DNA from: Minisyncoccia bacterium
GTDB taxonomy: Bacteria; Patescibacteriota; Minisyncoccia; SW-4-49-11
Direction of reading: 5' to 3'
DNA: 64,000 nucleotides
NCBI GenBank assembly: GCA_044341565.1
Contig: JBIIRM010000003.1
Location: 45,187-109,186, forward strand
Shown here: piece after piece, positions 43,761 to 54,149 of the stretch
How the letters are laid out: each line of letters opens with the position of its first letter
Position numbering within the stretch: position 1 is the first letter of the stretch
Notes under the pieces: generated by a model
Databases searched by the model: none
The model's input: only the letters and a program-made list of their open reading frames with translations
What the model was told of the DNA's origin: nothing
Position numbers and translations under genes: made by a program

Positions 43761-45083
43761 ATGTTGGATATACTATATATAAAAGCAAATCGAGATTTTA
43801 TTATTGAAGTTGCCAAAAATAAAAAGGTTGGTATAGATATCGATAAGCTATTGTCATTATATGAAGAGCGTCAAAATCTTTTGCAACAAATAGAGCAATT
43901 GCGGGCAGATAAAAATGTTATTGCTGAGCAAATGAAGCAAATAGCTATTTTATCAGGAGATGAAAAATCTAAATTAATTGAACAAGGGAAAAGTATTAAA
44001 GATACTCTTGCAAATTTGGAAACTCAATATGAGAAAATAGATAGTGAGTATCAAAACATTCTTTATCAGGTACCTAATATATATTCCGAGGATACCCCTA
44101 TTGGACTTACTGAAGATGAGAATCACGTTGTGAAACAGGTGGGGGAGAAGCCTAATTTTAACTTTACTCCTTTGGAGCATTGGCAATTGGGTAAAGATTT
44201 GAATCTTATTGATACTGAGAAATCAGCTGAAGTCTCAGGTTCACGATTTGCTTATATTAAAGGAGATTTAGTATTATTACAATTTGCTTTAATACAATGG
44301 GTATTATCGCTGTTACAAGATACTAATTTGATTGATTCTATAGCAAAACAGGCTGGTTTAGAGGTGTCCAATAAAGCCTATACTCCCGTATTGCCTCCTG
44401 TATTGATGAAGCCAGAAGTGATGAAGCGTATGGGGAGATTGGATCCTATTGATGATAGGTATCAGACTACAGAGGATGGATTAATGTTAGTGGGGAGCGC
44501 TGAGCATACTTTAGGACCAATACATATAGATGAGATATTAGATTATAAGCAATTACCACTTCGATATGTCGGGTATTCTACAGCTTTTCGGCGTGAGGCA
44601 GGAACCTATGGTAAGGATATGAAGGGAATATTGCGATTACATCAATTTGATAAAATTGAAATTGAGGTATTTAGTAATAAAGATAATGGATTTGTTGAGC
44701 AGGAATTGATTCTTGCCATACAAGAATATTTGATGAAACAATTGGAATTACCATATCAAGTGGTACTCAAATGTTCAGGAGATATGGGAACTCCCGATGT
44801 GAGAGCCTATGATATTGAGACTTGGTTACCTGGGCAAAATCAATATAGAGAAACCCACACCTCAGATTATATGGGAGATTTTCAAGCTCGAAGATTACAA
44901 ACTCGATATAAAGATAGCGATGGGCAAAAACATTTCATACATATGAATGATGCCACCGTATTTGCAATTGGCCGAATATTAATTGCTATTATGGAAAATT
45001 ATCAGCAGGCTGATGGAAGTATTCGTATTCCACAAATCCTACAATCATATATTCATAAAGATAGTATTACCAATACAAAATAA
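43761..45083 (+). CDS. serS: seryl-tRNA synthetase
   Basis: N-terminal coiled-coil arm, class II motif 2 FRREAG, 440 aa. Confidence 0.95.
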   Translation: MLDILYIKANRDFIIEVAKNKKVGIDIDKLLSLYEERQNLLQQIEQLRADKNVIAEQMKQIAILSGDEKSKLIEQGKSIKDTLANLETQYEKIDSEYQNILYQVPNIYSEDTPIGLTEDENHVVKQVGEKPNFNFTPLEHWQLGKDLNLIDTEKSAEVSGSRFAYIKGDLVLLQFALIQWVLSLLQDTNLIDSIAKQAGLEVSNKAYTPVLPPVLMKPEVMKRMGRLDPIDDRYQTTEDGLMLVGSAEHTLGPIHIDEILDYKQLPLRYVGYSTAFRREAGTYGKDMKGILRLHQFDKIEIEVFSNKDNGFVEQELILAIQEYLMKQLELPYQVVLKCSGDMGTPDVRAYDIETWLPGQNQYRETHTSDYMGDFQARRLQTRYKDSDGQKHFIHMNDATVFAIGRILIAIMENYQQADGSIRIPQILQSYIHKDSITNTK

Positions 45084-45084
45084 T

Positions 45085-46320
45085 ATGTTAATCAGATTAA
45101 TAAAATCTTCTTGCTTAGTAATCGGGATCTTGTTGATTTTAGGTTTTCCTATATTTAGTTTTGCTCAAGATGACATAATCACTGAACCTAATATTTCAGA
45201 GTCTAATAATACTGTTACGGAAGACTTGGGTTCCCCAGAGGCTATATCCTATAATAAGCCAGATTCTTTTTATCGTGCAGAAGTACAAGGAGTTGAGAGT
45301 AAAGAAACAGAGATTTTAGGAAGAAAAGTAACTTCTCAAAATCTTACAATGAAAATTTTAGATAAAGATAAAAAAGGAGAAATTATCGTTGTAGATAATG
45401 GGGGAGGAGCTGATTTACAAGAAAGTCAAATATATAAAAAAGGAGATATATTAATTGTAGTTAAGACAAGAGTTGGGGGGGCTGATCAATATTATGTCCA
45501 AGATAGATATCGATTACCAGGACTATTTGGAATGATAGCAGTATTCTTAATTCTTACAATTGTTTTTGCTCGAAGGCAGGGGATAGGATCTATTATTGGA
45601 CTTATTGCAAGTGTAGGAATTCTGATTGGATATCTGGTCCCTGCATTACTCGGGGGTCAGAATCCTGTTTTAGTAACCTTTATAGCGAGTATAGCTATTA
45701 TTACTTTGACTTTATTTATTTCACATGGATTTAGAGTGAGAACCTTTATCTCCTTTGTTGCTATGAATATTACACTTGGACTTGCATATGGCATATCCGT
45801 AGTATTTGTGTATATGGCACATATGTTTGGAGTAGGGAATGAAGATACATTTTATCTTGCCTCTATTAGTAGTGTAGATCTTGACCTAAGAGGAATATTA
45901 TTAGCTGGGGTCATTATTGGTATGCTTGGAGTATTAGATGATGTTACTGTTGCTCAGGCAGCAACAATTGATGAGATAAAGCGGGCTAACCCTAAAACTC
46001 GATTCAAACAATTATATACAGCAGGTATGTCGGTTGGGCGAGATCATATTGCCTCATTAGTGAATACCCTAGCCTTAGCTTATGTGGGGTCTAGTTTACC
46101 ATTATTCTTATTACTTTATATTAATAGTGCCAATATACCAATTTGGGTAACATTAAACTCTGAATTTATTGCTCAAGAATTAATTCGTACAATGGCGGGT
46201 AGTATTGCAATTGTATTAGCCGTTCCGATTACGAGTTTGATAGCAGCTAAAGTATTCGATAATTATATACATAAACCAAGAGATAAACATGATATTGCTC
46301 ATCATGGGCATAGCCATTAA
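45085..46320 (+). CDS. YibE/F-family membrane protein
   Basis: N-terminal signal/TM, extracytoplasmic domain, then a 7-8 TM bundle (GIGSIIGLIASVGILIGYLVPALLGG). Start taken at ATG 45085 (the ORF-track start overlaps serS). Confidence 0.55.
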   Translation: MLIRLIKSSCLVIGILLILGFPIFSFAQDDIITEPNISESNNTVTEDLGSPEAISYNKPDSFYRAEVQGVESKETEILGRKVTSQNLTMKILDKDKKGEIIVVDNGGGADLQESQIYKKGDILIVVKTRVGGADQYYVQDRYRLPGLFGMIAVFLILTIVFARRQGIGSIIGLIASVGILIGYLVPALLGGQNPVLVTFIASIAIITLTLFISHGFRVRTFISFVAMNITLGLAYGISVVFVYMAHMFGVGNEDTFYLASISSVDLDLRGILLAGVIIGMLGVLDDVTVAQAATIDEIKRANPKTRFKQLYTAGMSVGRDHIASLVNTLALAYVGSSLPLFLLLYINSANIPIWVTLNSEFIAQELIRTMAGSIAIVLAVPITSLIAAKVFDNYIHKPRDKHDIAHHGHSH

Positions 46321-46381
46321 TTGATATATTCATAATTCTTATGATATACTATAAAAGAATTATAAAGATTAAGATATAGAT

Positions 46382-47038
46382 ATGAGCGATATAACAGAAA
46401 ATAATTTTATTGGAAAAGGAATACTTATTGTTACGGTATTAGTAGTGATAGGTGCTATTGTTTGGGGACTTAATACTCAAAGTTCAGGATCTCGTAATGT
46501 AAATGTAGAAGTTACAGATGAGGATACTTATCTTGGAAATAAAGATGCCAAAGTTACTCTAGTAGAATATTCTGATTTTCAATGTCCTGCATGTAAGGCT
46601 TATGAAGATATTGTGAAACAACTTCGGGATTCTTATAGTCCAGAGGATTTAAAATTTGTATATAGACATTTCCCACTTCGTAGTATTCACCCTAATGCTG
46701 ATATTGCCGCTCAAGCTGCCGAAGCTGCAGGTGAGGAGGGGAAATTCTGGGAAATGAAATCTCTCTTATTCGAAAAACAATCTGAATGGGAAAAGGAAAA
46801 AGATCCTAAGGGATTATTCGGAGCTTATGCAAAATCATTAGGAATAGATGTAGGTAAATTTGATGAGGATTTGAAAGCAGATGATGATTCAAAAGAGCGA
46901 GTAGAAAAAGATTATCAATCAGGAGTTGCTCTCGATATTGCCTCTACTCCGACCTTTATATTAAATGGAGTAATTATCAAAAACCCTCAAAGTCTAGATG
47001 AATTCAAATCTCTTATTGATGCTGAATTAAAAAAATAA
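46382..47038 (+). CDS. membrane-anchored DsbA-like thiol:disulfide oxidoreductase
   Basis: N-terminal TM plus a thioredoxin fold with CPAC active site (YSDFQCPACKAYE). Confidence 0.75.
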   Translation: MSDITENNFIGKGILIVTVLVVIGAIVWGLNTQSSGSRNVNVEVTDEDTYLGNKDAKVTLVEYSDFQCPACKAYEDIVKQLRDSYSPEDLKFVYRHFPLRSIHPNADIAAQAAEAAGEEGKFWEMKSLLFEKQSEWEKEKDPKGLFGAYAKSLGIDVGKFDEDLKADDDSKERVEKDYQSGVALDIASTPTFILNGVIIKNPQSLDEFKSLIDAELKK

Positions 47039-47046
47039 TCCAGTCC

Positions 47047-47604
47047 ATGATAGCAAAGCCTGACTTTGAACATGTCGTATTAGTAACTGAGCTCGATGAA
47101 GTAATTGGAGTATCACCTAAATCTGAGGTACATACTCTTAATACCCCCCTTCATCGAGCTTTTTCTTTATTCCTATTTCGTCCGGAGGATAAACAATTCC
47201 TCATTCAACAAAGATGGCATGGGAAGAAAACATGGCCACTAGTTTGGTCTAATAGTTGTTGCGGACATCCGGAATTAGAGGAGTCTACTATTGATGCGGT
47301 GAGAAGACGCGCTCAATATGAACTTGGTATACAACATTTTGATATACTAGAAGAGGCAAGCCCTTATCGCTATACCTTTGAGCGAGATGGAGTAGTTGAA
47401 AATGAAATATGTCCTATTTATTTTGGTATTAGCTCAGATCCAATTAACCCTCATCCAGAAGAAGTAGAGGCTTATCGTTGGATTAGCTGGGATCAATTTG
47501 TGAGTGAGGCTTTCGCTGATGATAAAACATTCTCCGAATGGTGTCGTGAGGAATTACGACTATTAGAGCAAACACAAATATTTAAGGATTTTATGAAAAT
47601 GTAA
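47047..47604 (+). CDS. idi: isopentenyl-diphosphate delta-isomerase, type 1 (NUDIX)
   Basis: WSNSCCGHP (the WxNxCCxHP IDI-1 signature) and NUDIX-box-like RRAQYELGI. Confidence 0.85.
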   Translation: MIAKPDFEHVVLVTELDEVIGVSPKSEVHTLNTPLHRAFSLFLFRPEDKQFLIQQRWHGKKTWPLVWSNSCCGHPELEESTIDAVRRRAQYELGIQHFDILEEASPYRYTFERDGVVENEICPIYFGISSDPINPHPEEVEAYRWISWDQFVSEAFADDKTFSEWCREELRLLEQTQIFKDFMKM

Positions 47605-47694
47605 TATAATTATTATTTTTTGACATTATATAAATACAGGATATACTATAAATACATGCTGTTCGGCATGCCTGTCCCATTATCATGGGGAAAT

Positions 47695-47994
47695 GACATG
47701 GCTCAGACTCAGTTTGGATTCTTAACTCGAGAAAGAGAAGAGGAAATTGTGGGGCGAGGAGTATTAGCTTTACAACCACAATTCCATTCTTTTTTTCCTC
47801 GTCGTGAACTTCGAGTTCGTGATTGGGAAAAATCAATTCAAATATTGAAGCAACAGATGTATCATTTTTTTCTCGGAGAAGGTATGAAGGCAAAGCATGC
47901 TGATAATCTTTCTACCCATATTCTTGAGTCCATTATCTCTCAGCTTGTACTTAAGGAATTTGCCCATATCATCAATCCCAATGAAAACATATAA
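47695..47994 (+). CDS. hypothetical protein (~99 aa)
   Basis: Promoter TTGACA at 47621 followed by a -10-like TATACT. SD GGGGA before ATG 47695. The longer ORF-track start would lie upstream of the predicted TSS. Confidence 0.3.
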   Translation, partial: DMAQTQFGFLTREREEEIVGRGVLALQPQFHSFFPRRELRVRDWEKSIQILKQQMYHFFLGEGMKAKHADNLSTHILESIISQLVLKEFAHIINPNENI

Positions 47995-48265
47995 AGCTCT
48001 GTATATCCCGCCTTCTCTTATGTTGGCGGGAATTTTTTCTTTTGACCATATAAACATATTATGGTATATACACTATGTCCTCATTGGGTATTACCTTATG
48101 TCATCATATCAATCATTCTCCTTGCCTCGGCGCTGGAAAATTGTTGTAGCCATATTGCTTTTACTATGGTTAGTACCGACAATATGGATGATTCCAATTC
48201 TGTTGGGTAATTCCTCATTAAAGCAAATTTTACCCGATGATATTTCACAAAAATATGAAGTATGA
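47981..48265 (+). CDS. small membrane protein (~94 aa, 2-3 TM)
   Basis: Hydrophobic ORF, followed by hairpin + T-run at ~48428-48460. Confidence 0.3.
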   Translation: MKTYKALYIPPSLMLAGIFSFDHINILWYIHYVLIGYYLMSSYQSFSLPRRWKIVVAILLLLWLVPTIWMIPILLGNSSLKQILPDDISQKYEV

Positions 48266-48457
48266 GCAAGGCGCACTTTCAACTTGGCTCCCAATCAATG
48301 TGAATTGGGAGGTATCAAACCTTATCTAGTGGATCATGCAATTGGCACATCTCAATCAATAATTCTCGTATGTGGTAAAAAACTTGACGCTAGAGTTGTC
48401 AGTACCTCTCCATAATACTCTCATTGTATGAGCCATCTTTTGGGGTGGCTTTTTCTT

Positions 48458-49408
48458 TTATTCTATATGCTTTTCTTCTAATTGATGAATATAGCTATAG
48501 GCTGATAAGGCAGCTTTGACAGCGTCTCCGGCGGAGATATTATTTTGCTTATAAGCCTCATCAGTTATATCTCCCGCTGCAAATATTCCTGCTCGAGAAG
48601 TAGTAGCATATTTATGATCGAGTATAATTTCTCCAATTTGATTAGTATCAACCAGATGTTTGACTATATCTGAATTAGGTAGAGATCCAATTTCAATAAA
48701 TAATCCTGTAATATCAAGCTCACTAATCTCTTGTGTTTTGAGATTCTGATAATGAATTCCTGTCATTAATTTTTCTCCGAATATATCAGTAACTACCGTA
48801 TTATAAAGTATACCTTTGAAATTAGGATGTTTTTGAATTTTCTCAGCAGTTTGGGGGTCTCCTTTGAGCTCATCACTACGATTAAAGAGATATACTTCAC
48901 TGGCATAAGAGAGTAAATCGAGTACACTTTCGAGCCCAGCATTACCTCCTCCCACAACAGCAACTTTTTGCCCTTCAAAAAATGGAGCATCACACGTAGC
49001 ACAATAAGCTACTCCCTTAGCAGAGAACTCTGCTTCTCCTGGAATATCTAATTTGCGTCGATGTGCTCCCATACCAAGAATTAAGGTTTTGGTTTGAAAA
49101 GTTTTACCTCCTTCAGTTATTACTTCATATAGAGGATAAGGGGTTTCGCTGACTTGACTGATAGCAGATACTCGGTCTATTAGAGTCTCAAGTCCTGGCT
49201 GGGCTTTGATATGGGCTTCGAATTTTTGAGCTAAATCAAAGCCAGAAATTCTAATATCTCCAATCCAATTATCAATATCATTAGATACTACAGACTGTCC
49301 TCCAAAACTATCAGTAATCAAAATGGCTTTGAGTTGTTTACGGGCGGCATATATAGAGGCTGCTGTCCCTGTAGGACCTCCTCCAATAATAATAGTGTCA
49401 TAAATCAT
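48458..49408 (-). CDS. trxB: thioredoxin-disulfide reductase
   Basis: FAD motif IIGGGPTG, redox-active CATCD, NADPH motif GGGNAG. Confidence 0.9.
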   Translation of the reverse strand: MIYDTIIIGGGPTGTAASIYAARKQLKAILITDSFGGQSVVSNDIDNWIGDIRISGFDLAQKFEAHIKAQPGLETLIDRVSAISQVSETPYPLYEVITEGGKTFQTKTLILGMGAHRRKLDIPGEAEFSAKGVAYCATCDAPFFEGQKVAVVGGGNAGLESVLDLLSYASEVYLFNRSDELKGDPQTAEKIQKHPNFKGILYNTVVTDIFGEKLMTGIHYQNLKTQEISELDITGLFIEIGSLPNSDIVKHLVDTNQIGEIILDHKYATTSRAGIFAAGDITDEAYKQNNISAGDAVKAALSAYSYIHQLEEKHIE

Positions 49409-49491
49409 ATATACTTGCGTTTAATTTGAATATACTTTGATAATATAGGAATATTTGATATACTTATATCATAATAGAATAATAATATACT

Positions 49492-50238
49492 ATGCAAAAT
49501 AAATCAATTTTATTGGTGGTGGCTTCCATCTTACTTTCTGGTATGATGATTGCCTCAGCAATTATATTCAATGGGTCTCAGAATAGAGCAAATAGTAATA
49601 ATACGGCTACTAATGATTTACCACCAGTTGATAATAATGACCCAGTAGAGGCGCGCGATATTAATGTTGATATTTCTGATGATACTCCATATCTTGGAAA
49701 AAAATCAGAGGCCAAAATTGCAATTATAGAGTTTAGCGATTATGAATGTCCTTTTTGTAAAAAATTCCATGAAGGAGCAAGGCCTGATATAATTGACAAA
49801 TATGTAAATACTGGAAAAGCAATATTAGCTTGGAAAGATTATCCATTAGAATTCCATGATCCTCTTGCAACCAAGCAAGCGATAGCAGCTCAATGTGCAT
49901 ATGAACAAAAAGGAAATGAGGGATATTTTGCATATGCTGATTTGATATTCAATAAAACTGAAAGTGGTGGAGATGGAATGAAAGAAGAAGAATTAAATAT
50001 ATTAGCTAAAGGGATAGAGGGGCTTGATACTGCGAAATTTGATACTTGTCTGAAAGAAGAAAAAACTCTCAATAAAGTAAAAGCAGGCACAAAATTTGGT
50101 AATGATAATGGAATTACGGGAACTCCTGGATTTATTATTGGAAAATTAGAAAATGGTAAATTAGTTGGGGGTATTCGAATTGCAGGGGCTTTACCACTCG
50201 CAACATTCCAAGGATATCTTGATGACCTTTTGAAATAA
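49492..50238 (+). CDS. membrane-anchored DsbA-like thiol:disulfide oxidoreductase (second copy)
   Basis: N-terminal TM plus CPFC active site (YECPFCKKFHE). Confidence 0.75.
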   Translation: MQNKSILLVVASILLSGMMIASAIIFNGSQNRANSNNTATNDLPPVDNNDPVEARDINVDISDDTPYLGKKSEAKIAIIEFSDYECPFCKKFHEGARPDIIDKYVNTGKAILAWKDYPLEFHDPLATKQAIAAQCAYEQKGNEGYFAYADLIFNKTESGGDGMKEEELNILAKGIEGLDTAKFDTCLKEEKTLNKVKAGTKFGNDNGITGTPGFIIGKLENGKLVGGIRIAGALPLATFQGYLDDLLK

Positions 50239-50270
50239 TATGCTATACTAATAATGTAAATTAATAATAA

Positions 50271-50522
50271 ATGATTATGAGTACTCCCAATATACAAATT
50301 TATTCAACTCCTACTTGTGGGTTTTGTAAACAAGCTAAAGAATTCTTAGCTGAGAATAATATTCCTTTTGTTGACTATAATGTAGCGGCTGATGCTGAAA
50401 AGCGAAATGAATTAGTTGAAAAAAGTGGTCAGCTTGGTGTCCCAGTTATTGATGTAGATGGTCAAATTCTCATCGGTTATGATAGAGCTACTTTAGCAAA
50501 ACTTGTAGGAATTGAGGCCTAA
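50271..50522 (+). CDS. glutaredoxin / NrdH-like redoxin
   Basis: TPTCGFCKQAKEFL (CxxC) with ..GVPVI.. glutaredoxin fold, 83 aa. Confidence 0.75.
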   Translation: MIMSTPNIQIYSTPTCGFCKQAKEFLAENNIPFVDYNVAADAEKRNELVEKSGQLGVPVIDVDGQILIGYDRATLAKLVGIEA

Positions 50523-50535
50523 ATCAATTCCAAAC

Positions 50536-50568
50536 AAAAAAGACAGACTGTAAAATCTGTCTTTTTTG
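50536..50568. terminator. bidirectional terminator AAGACAGA-CTGTAAAA-TCTGTCTT flanked by A/T runs
   Basis: Between convergent grx-like (+) and peroxiredoxin (-) genes. Confidence 0.75.
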
Positions 50569-50586
50569 TTTTATGAAGAGAATAGA

Positions 50587-51108
50587 CTATAAAGTAGCCT
50601 CTCCTTCTTCCCATTCTACAGGACATAGACCTCCATTTTTTAGAGCTGAGAGAACTCTTACTGTCTCATCAATACTTCGCCCGACATTTAGGTCAGATAC
50701 TACTGCGTATCGTAATATTCCAAGAGGATCAATAATGAAAGTTCCACGAAGGGCAACTCCGCCATCATTATCTACAAGAATATTATAATCATCTGCAGTT
50801 TCTTTACGAAAATCTGAGAGAAGTGGAAATTCTAATTTTCCTAAATCTTTTTCTACCCAAGCTTTATGTGAATGTACGCTATCTACACTAGCTCCAAGTA
50901 CTTGAGCTCCAAGTTTATTGAATTCCTCAATTTGTTTGTTGAACCCTGTGATTTCAGTTGGACATACAAAGGTGAAATCAAGAGGGTAAAAGAATAGAAC
51001 TACCCATTTCCCAGATCCAGTGATATGGGATAATGAATATTCTGCAAATTTTCCATCTTGATATCCTTGTAAGGTGAAATCAGGGGCTGGTTGTCCTACT
51101 TTGATCAT
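50587..51108 (-). CDS. peroxiredoxin (AhpC/Prx1-type)
   Basis: Peroxidatic Cys motif FTFVCPTEI, 173 aa. Confidence 0.9.
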   Translation of the reverse strand: MIKVGQPAPDFTLQGYQDGKFAEYSLSHITGSGKWVVLFFYPLDFTFVCPTEITGFNKQIEEFNKLGAQVLGASVDSVHSHKAWVEKDLGKLEFPLLSDFRKETADDYNILVDNDGGVALRGTFIIDPLGILRYAVVSDLNVGRSIDETVRVLSALKNGGLCPVEWEEGEATL

Positions 51109-51240
51109 AATTATAGTATTTATTGAATATCTAGTATATATGAATATACCATGTGTAGTATATCATAAAATAGCCTATATTTGAACCTATCTACAATGAC
51201 ATCTAATTATGATATACTGGTATAAGAATAATACAATATT

Positions 51241-51837
51241 ATGATTGCGAGCTTATCCGGAAAAATTCAATATAAAAATCAGAATAGTCTTATTGTGGAT
51301 GTGAATGGAGTGGGGTATGCTGTATTAGTAAATAGTATTACCTTGAGTTCACTGGGATTAGTAGGGGATGAGGTGTCACTCATTACCTATCTTGATGTTA
51401 AAGAGGATAGTTTAATTTTATTTGGATTTTTGGATATGTTATCATTTGAATTATTTAAGTATTTGATTTCAGTGAATGGAGTGGGGGCAAAAAGTGCCTT
51501 AGCTTTATTAGATCTTGATCAGCCTGAAGCTTTGATGAGAGCTATACAACAAGAAAGAGTCAATATACTCAATCAAGCTTCTGGTATTGGTAAAAAAACA
51601 GCCGAGAGAATTGTATTGGAGCTTCGAGATAAATTAGGTGCTTTAGCTTATATAGATGGGGGAGAGAATATTTCCTCCGATTCAACTCAAGAATATCAAG
51701 GTACTCAAGATGTTTGGGATGCTCTGGAGTCTCTTGGGTATAAGTCAATACAAATTCAGAGAATTATGCCTCAATTAGATTCTAATCTTGAGGTGTCAGA
51801 GCAAATTCGCCAAGCCCTCAAATTATTACAAAAATAA
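51241..51837 (+). CDS. ruvA: Holliday junction DNA helicase RuvA
   Basis: MIASLSGKI...VDVNGVGY N-terminal OB domain, HhH pairs, C-terminal domain III. Confidence 0.85.
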   Translation: MIASLSGKIQYKNQNSLIVDVNGVGYAVLVNSITLSSLGLVGDEVSLITYLDVKEDSLILFGFLDMLSFELFKYLISVNGVGAKSALALLDLDQPEALMRAIQQERVNILNQASGIGKKTAERIVLELRDKLGALAYIDGGENISSDSTQEYQGTQDVWDALESLGYKSIQIQRIMPQLDSNLEVSEQIRQALKLLQK

Positions 51838-51847
51838 CAATAATCAT

Positions 51848-52306
51848 ATGAGTATCTCAACTATATATATTGGATCTGATCATAGAGGATTTGAGCTCAA
51901 GCAACATATTATACAGTTTCTAAAGACAAAAGGAATAGAAATTATTGATATTGGGAATACAGTATATGATGAGCATGATGATTATCCTGACTATGCTACT
52001 GAGGTGGCTCGTGAAGTTGCGTCTAATTCAGATTCACTTGGTATTTTAGTTTGTGGAACAGGAGTAGGTGTGAGTATAGTGGCAAATAAAATAAATGGTA
52101 TTAGATCGGCGGTATTGAGTGCTATTGAGACAGTTGCTATAGCCCGAGCACATAATCATATTAATGTATTGGCCCTATCTGCTAATCTTGAAATTGAGCA
52201 AATCCCCGATATAGTAGGAACTTTTATTGATACAGAACCATCTTTAGAAGAGAGGCATATTCGACGTCTGGCTAAAATAACTGAATTAGAACATAATCAA
52301 TTATAA
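51848..52306 (+). CDS. rpiB: ribose-5-phosphate isomerase B
   Basis: MSISTIYIGSDHRGFELK .. VCGTGVG, the LacAB_rpiB family pattern. Start taken at the internal Met. Confidence 0.85.
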   Translation: MSISTIYIGSDHRGFELKQHIIQFLKTKGIEIIDIGNTVYDEHDDYPDYATEVAREVASNSDSLGILVCGTGVGVSIVANKINGIRSAVLSAIETVAIARAHNHINVLALSANLEIEQIPDIVGTFIDTEPSLEERHIRRLAKITELEHNQL

Positions 52307-52307
52307 T

Positions 52308-54149
52308 ATGGCAAATTCTCCTGAAAAATTAGAAGTATTGTCAGCTCTTGCTCGTTATTGGAGTCTTTATGCAACAACTCAAGCAGGCTCAGGTCATCCG
52401 AGCTCTTCTTTATCAGTAGCTGAATTGGGGGTTGGATTATTTTTTGGGGGAGAATTTCATTATGATATTACAGATTCTAAAAGTCCTTATAATGATAGAT
52501 TTATTTTATCAAAAGGTCATGCAGCACCTTTGCTGTATAGTCTTTGGTTATTAGCGGGAGTTATTACCCCAGAGGAAATACAAGAATTACGCGAATTCGA
52601 CAGTGTATTAGAGGGACATCCGAGTAAACGATTTATTTTTACTGATGCTGCCACAGGTTCTCTCGGGCAAGGCGTAGGTATTGGAATAGGATATGCTCTC
52701 AATGCTAAAAATTTTGATAAAACTAATATATATACCTATGTTTTATTGGGAGACAGTGAACTTGCAGAAGGTTCAATATGGGAAAGCGTTGAGAGTGCAG
52801 CCTATTATCAATTGAATAATCTTATTGCATTAATTGACATTAATCGATTAGGGCAAAGAGGTGAGACTATGCAGGGATATCATATAGATGTATATCGCCA
52901 GCGATTTGAGGCCTTTGGTTGGAATGTCATTGCAATTGATGGACATAATGTCACTGAAGTAGTGTCAGCTTTAACTAATGCCAAAAAATCAGAGAACCCA
53001 ACAGTAATACTGGCTCAAACCATTAAAGGAAAAGGGATATCATTGATAGAGGATAAAGACAATTGGCATGGTAAGGCATTAAGTCAAGAACAATTTGATG
53101 AATATATTCATGAATTAGGGGATATAGATTTGACTTTAAGAGCAGAAATACCAGCCCCCACAATTACCGGAATTACCCCCTATACTCCACCAGCTTTTGA
53201 TGTAAATTCCTATCCCCGCTATGATTTGGATACATTGGTATCTGCCCGTAAAGCTTTTGGAGATGCTCTTGATATTTTGACCCGCAATTATTCAGATATT
53301 ATTGTCTTAGATGCTGAGGTAAGTAATTCTACTTTTGCGAGTCACGCCGACCCAGAACGATTTATAGAGATGTTTATTGCAGAGCAAAATATGATTGAGG
53401 TTGCAATAGGATTGTCTCTGTCTGGTAAAAAACCTTTTGCCTCATCTTTTGCAGGATTTTTAACCAGAGCCTATGATCAAATTCGTATGGCACAATATAA
53501 TAATCCTAATATGGTTATTATAGGTACTCATGCAGGTATATCTATTGGAGCTGATGGACCATCTCAAATGGCACTTAATGATATTGCTTTTTTTAGAGGA
53601 TTATTTGGCTCAATAGTATTATATCCAAGTGATGCGGTATCAGCTCTTAAATTGACTGAACAAGCTTATCTATATCAGGGTCTTAGTTATCTTCGTATAA
53701 CGCGAGCAGATGTCCCAGTATTATACTCTCCAGATGAAACCTTTGTAGTGGGGGGGAGTAAAGTATTACATCAAAGCGAGGCGGATGAATATACATTAAT
53801 TGGAGCTGGAATTACTGTCTATGAATGTTTGAAAGCCTATGATATACTACAATCAAGAGGAGTCAGAGTTCGAGTTATTGACTTATATAGTATAAAACCT
53901 CTTGATACAGCGACTTTACATAGTGCGGCTCGGGAGACCAAAGGATTTATTATTGTAGAAGATCATCATATTTCAGGAGGAATTGCAGAGGCAATACGAT
54001 CTGAGTTAGAAGATATATTAATACCAATACGATCTTTATCAGTACAAGAAATTCCACGTAGTGGTAGGCCAGAAGAATTATTAGCCTTTGAGCAAATTAA
54101 TGTGGATAGTATAATAGGACAAGTAGAAAGTCTAAGACAAGATATATGA
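52308..54149 (+). CDS. tkt: transketolase
   Basis: TPP-binding GHPSS-like region (GSGHPSSSLS), GDSELAEG (GDG motif), 613 aa covering the N, Pyr and C domains. Confidence 0.9.
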   Translation: MANSPEKLEVLSALARYWSLYATTQAGSGHPSSSLSVAELGVGLFFGGEFHYDITDSKSPYNDRFILSKGHAAPLLYSLWLLAGVITPEEIQELREFDSVLEGHPSKRFIFTDAATGSLGQGVGIGIGYALNAKNFDKTNIYTYVLLGDSELAEGSIWESVESAAYYQLNNLIALIDINRLGQRGETMQGYHIDVYRQRFEAFGWNVIAIDGHNVTEVVSALTNAKKSENPTVILAQTIKGKGISLIEDKDNWHGKALSQEQFDEYIHELGDIDLTLRAEIPAPTITGITPYTPPAFDVNSYPRYDLDTLVSARKAFGDALDILTRNYSDIIVLDAEVSNSTFASHADPERFIEMFIAEQNMIEVAIGLSLSGKKPFASSFAGFLTRAYDQIRMAQYNNPNMVIIGTHAGISIGADGPSQMALNDIAFFRGLFGSIVLYPSDAVSALKLTEQAYLYQGLSYLRITRADVPVLYSPDETFVVGGSKVLHQSEADEYTLIGAGITVYECLKAYDILQSRGVRVRVIDLYSIKPLDTATLHSAARETKGFIIVEDHHISGGIAEAIRSELEDILIPIRSLSVQEIPRSGRPEELLAFEQINVDSIIGQVESLRQDI

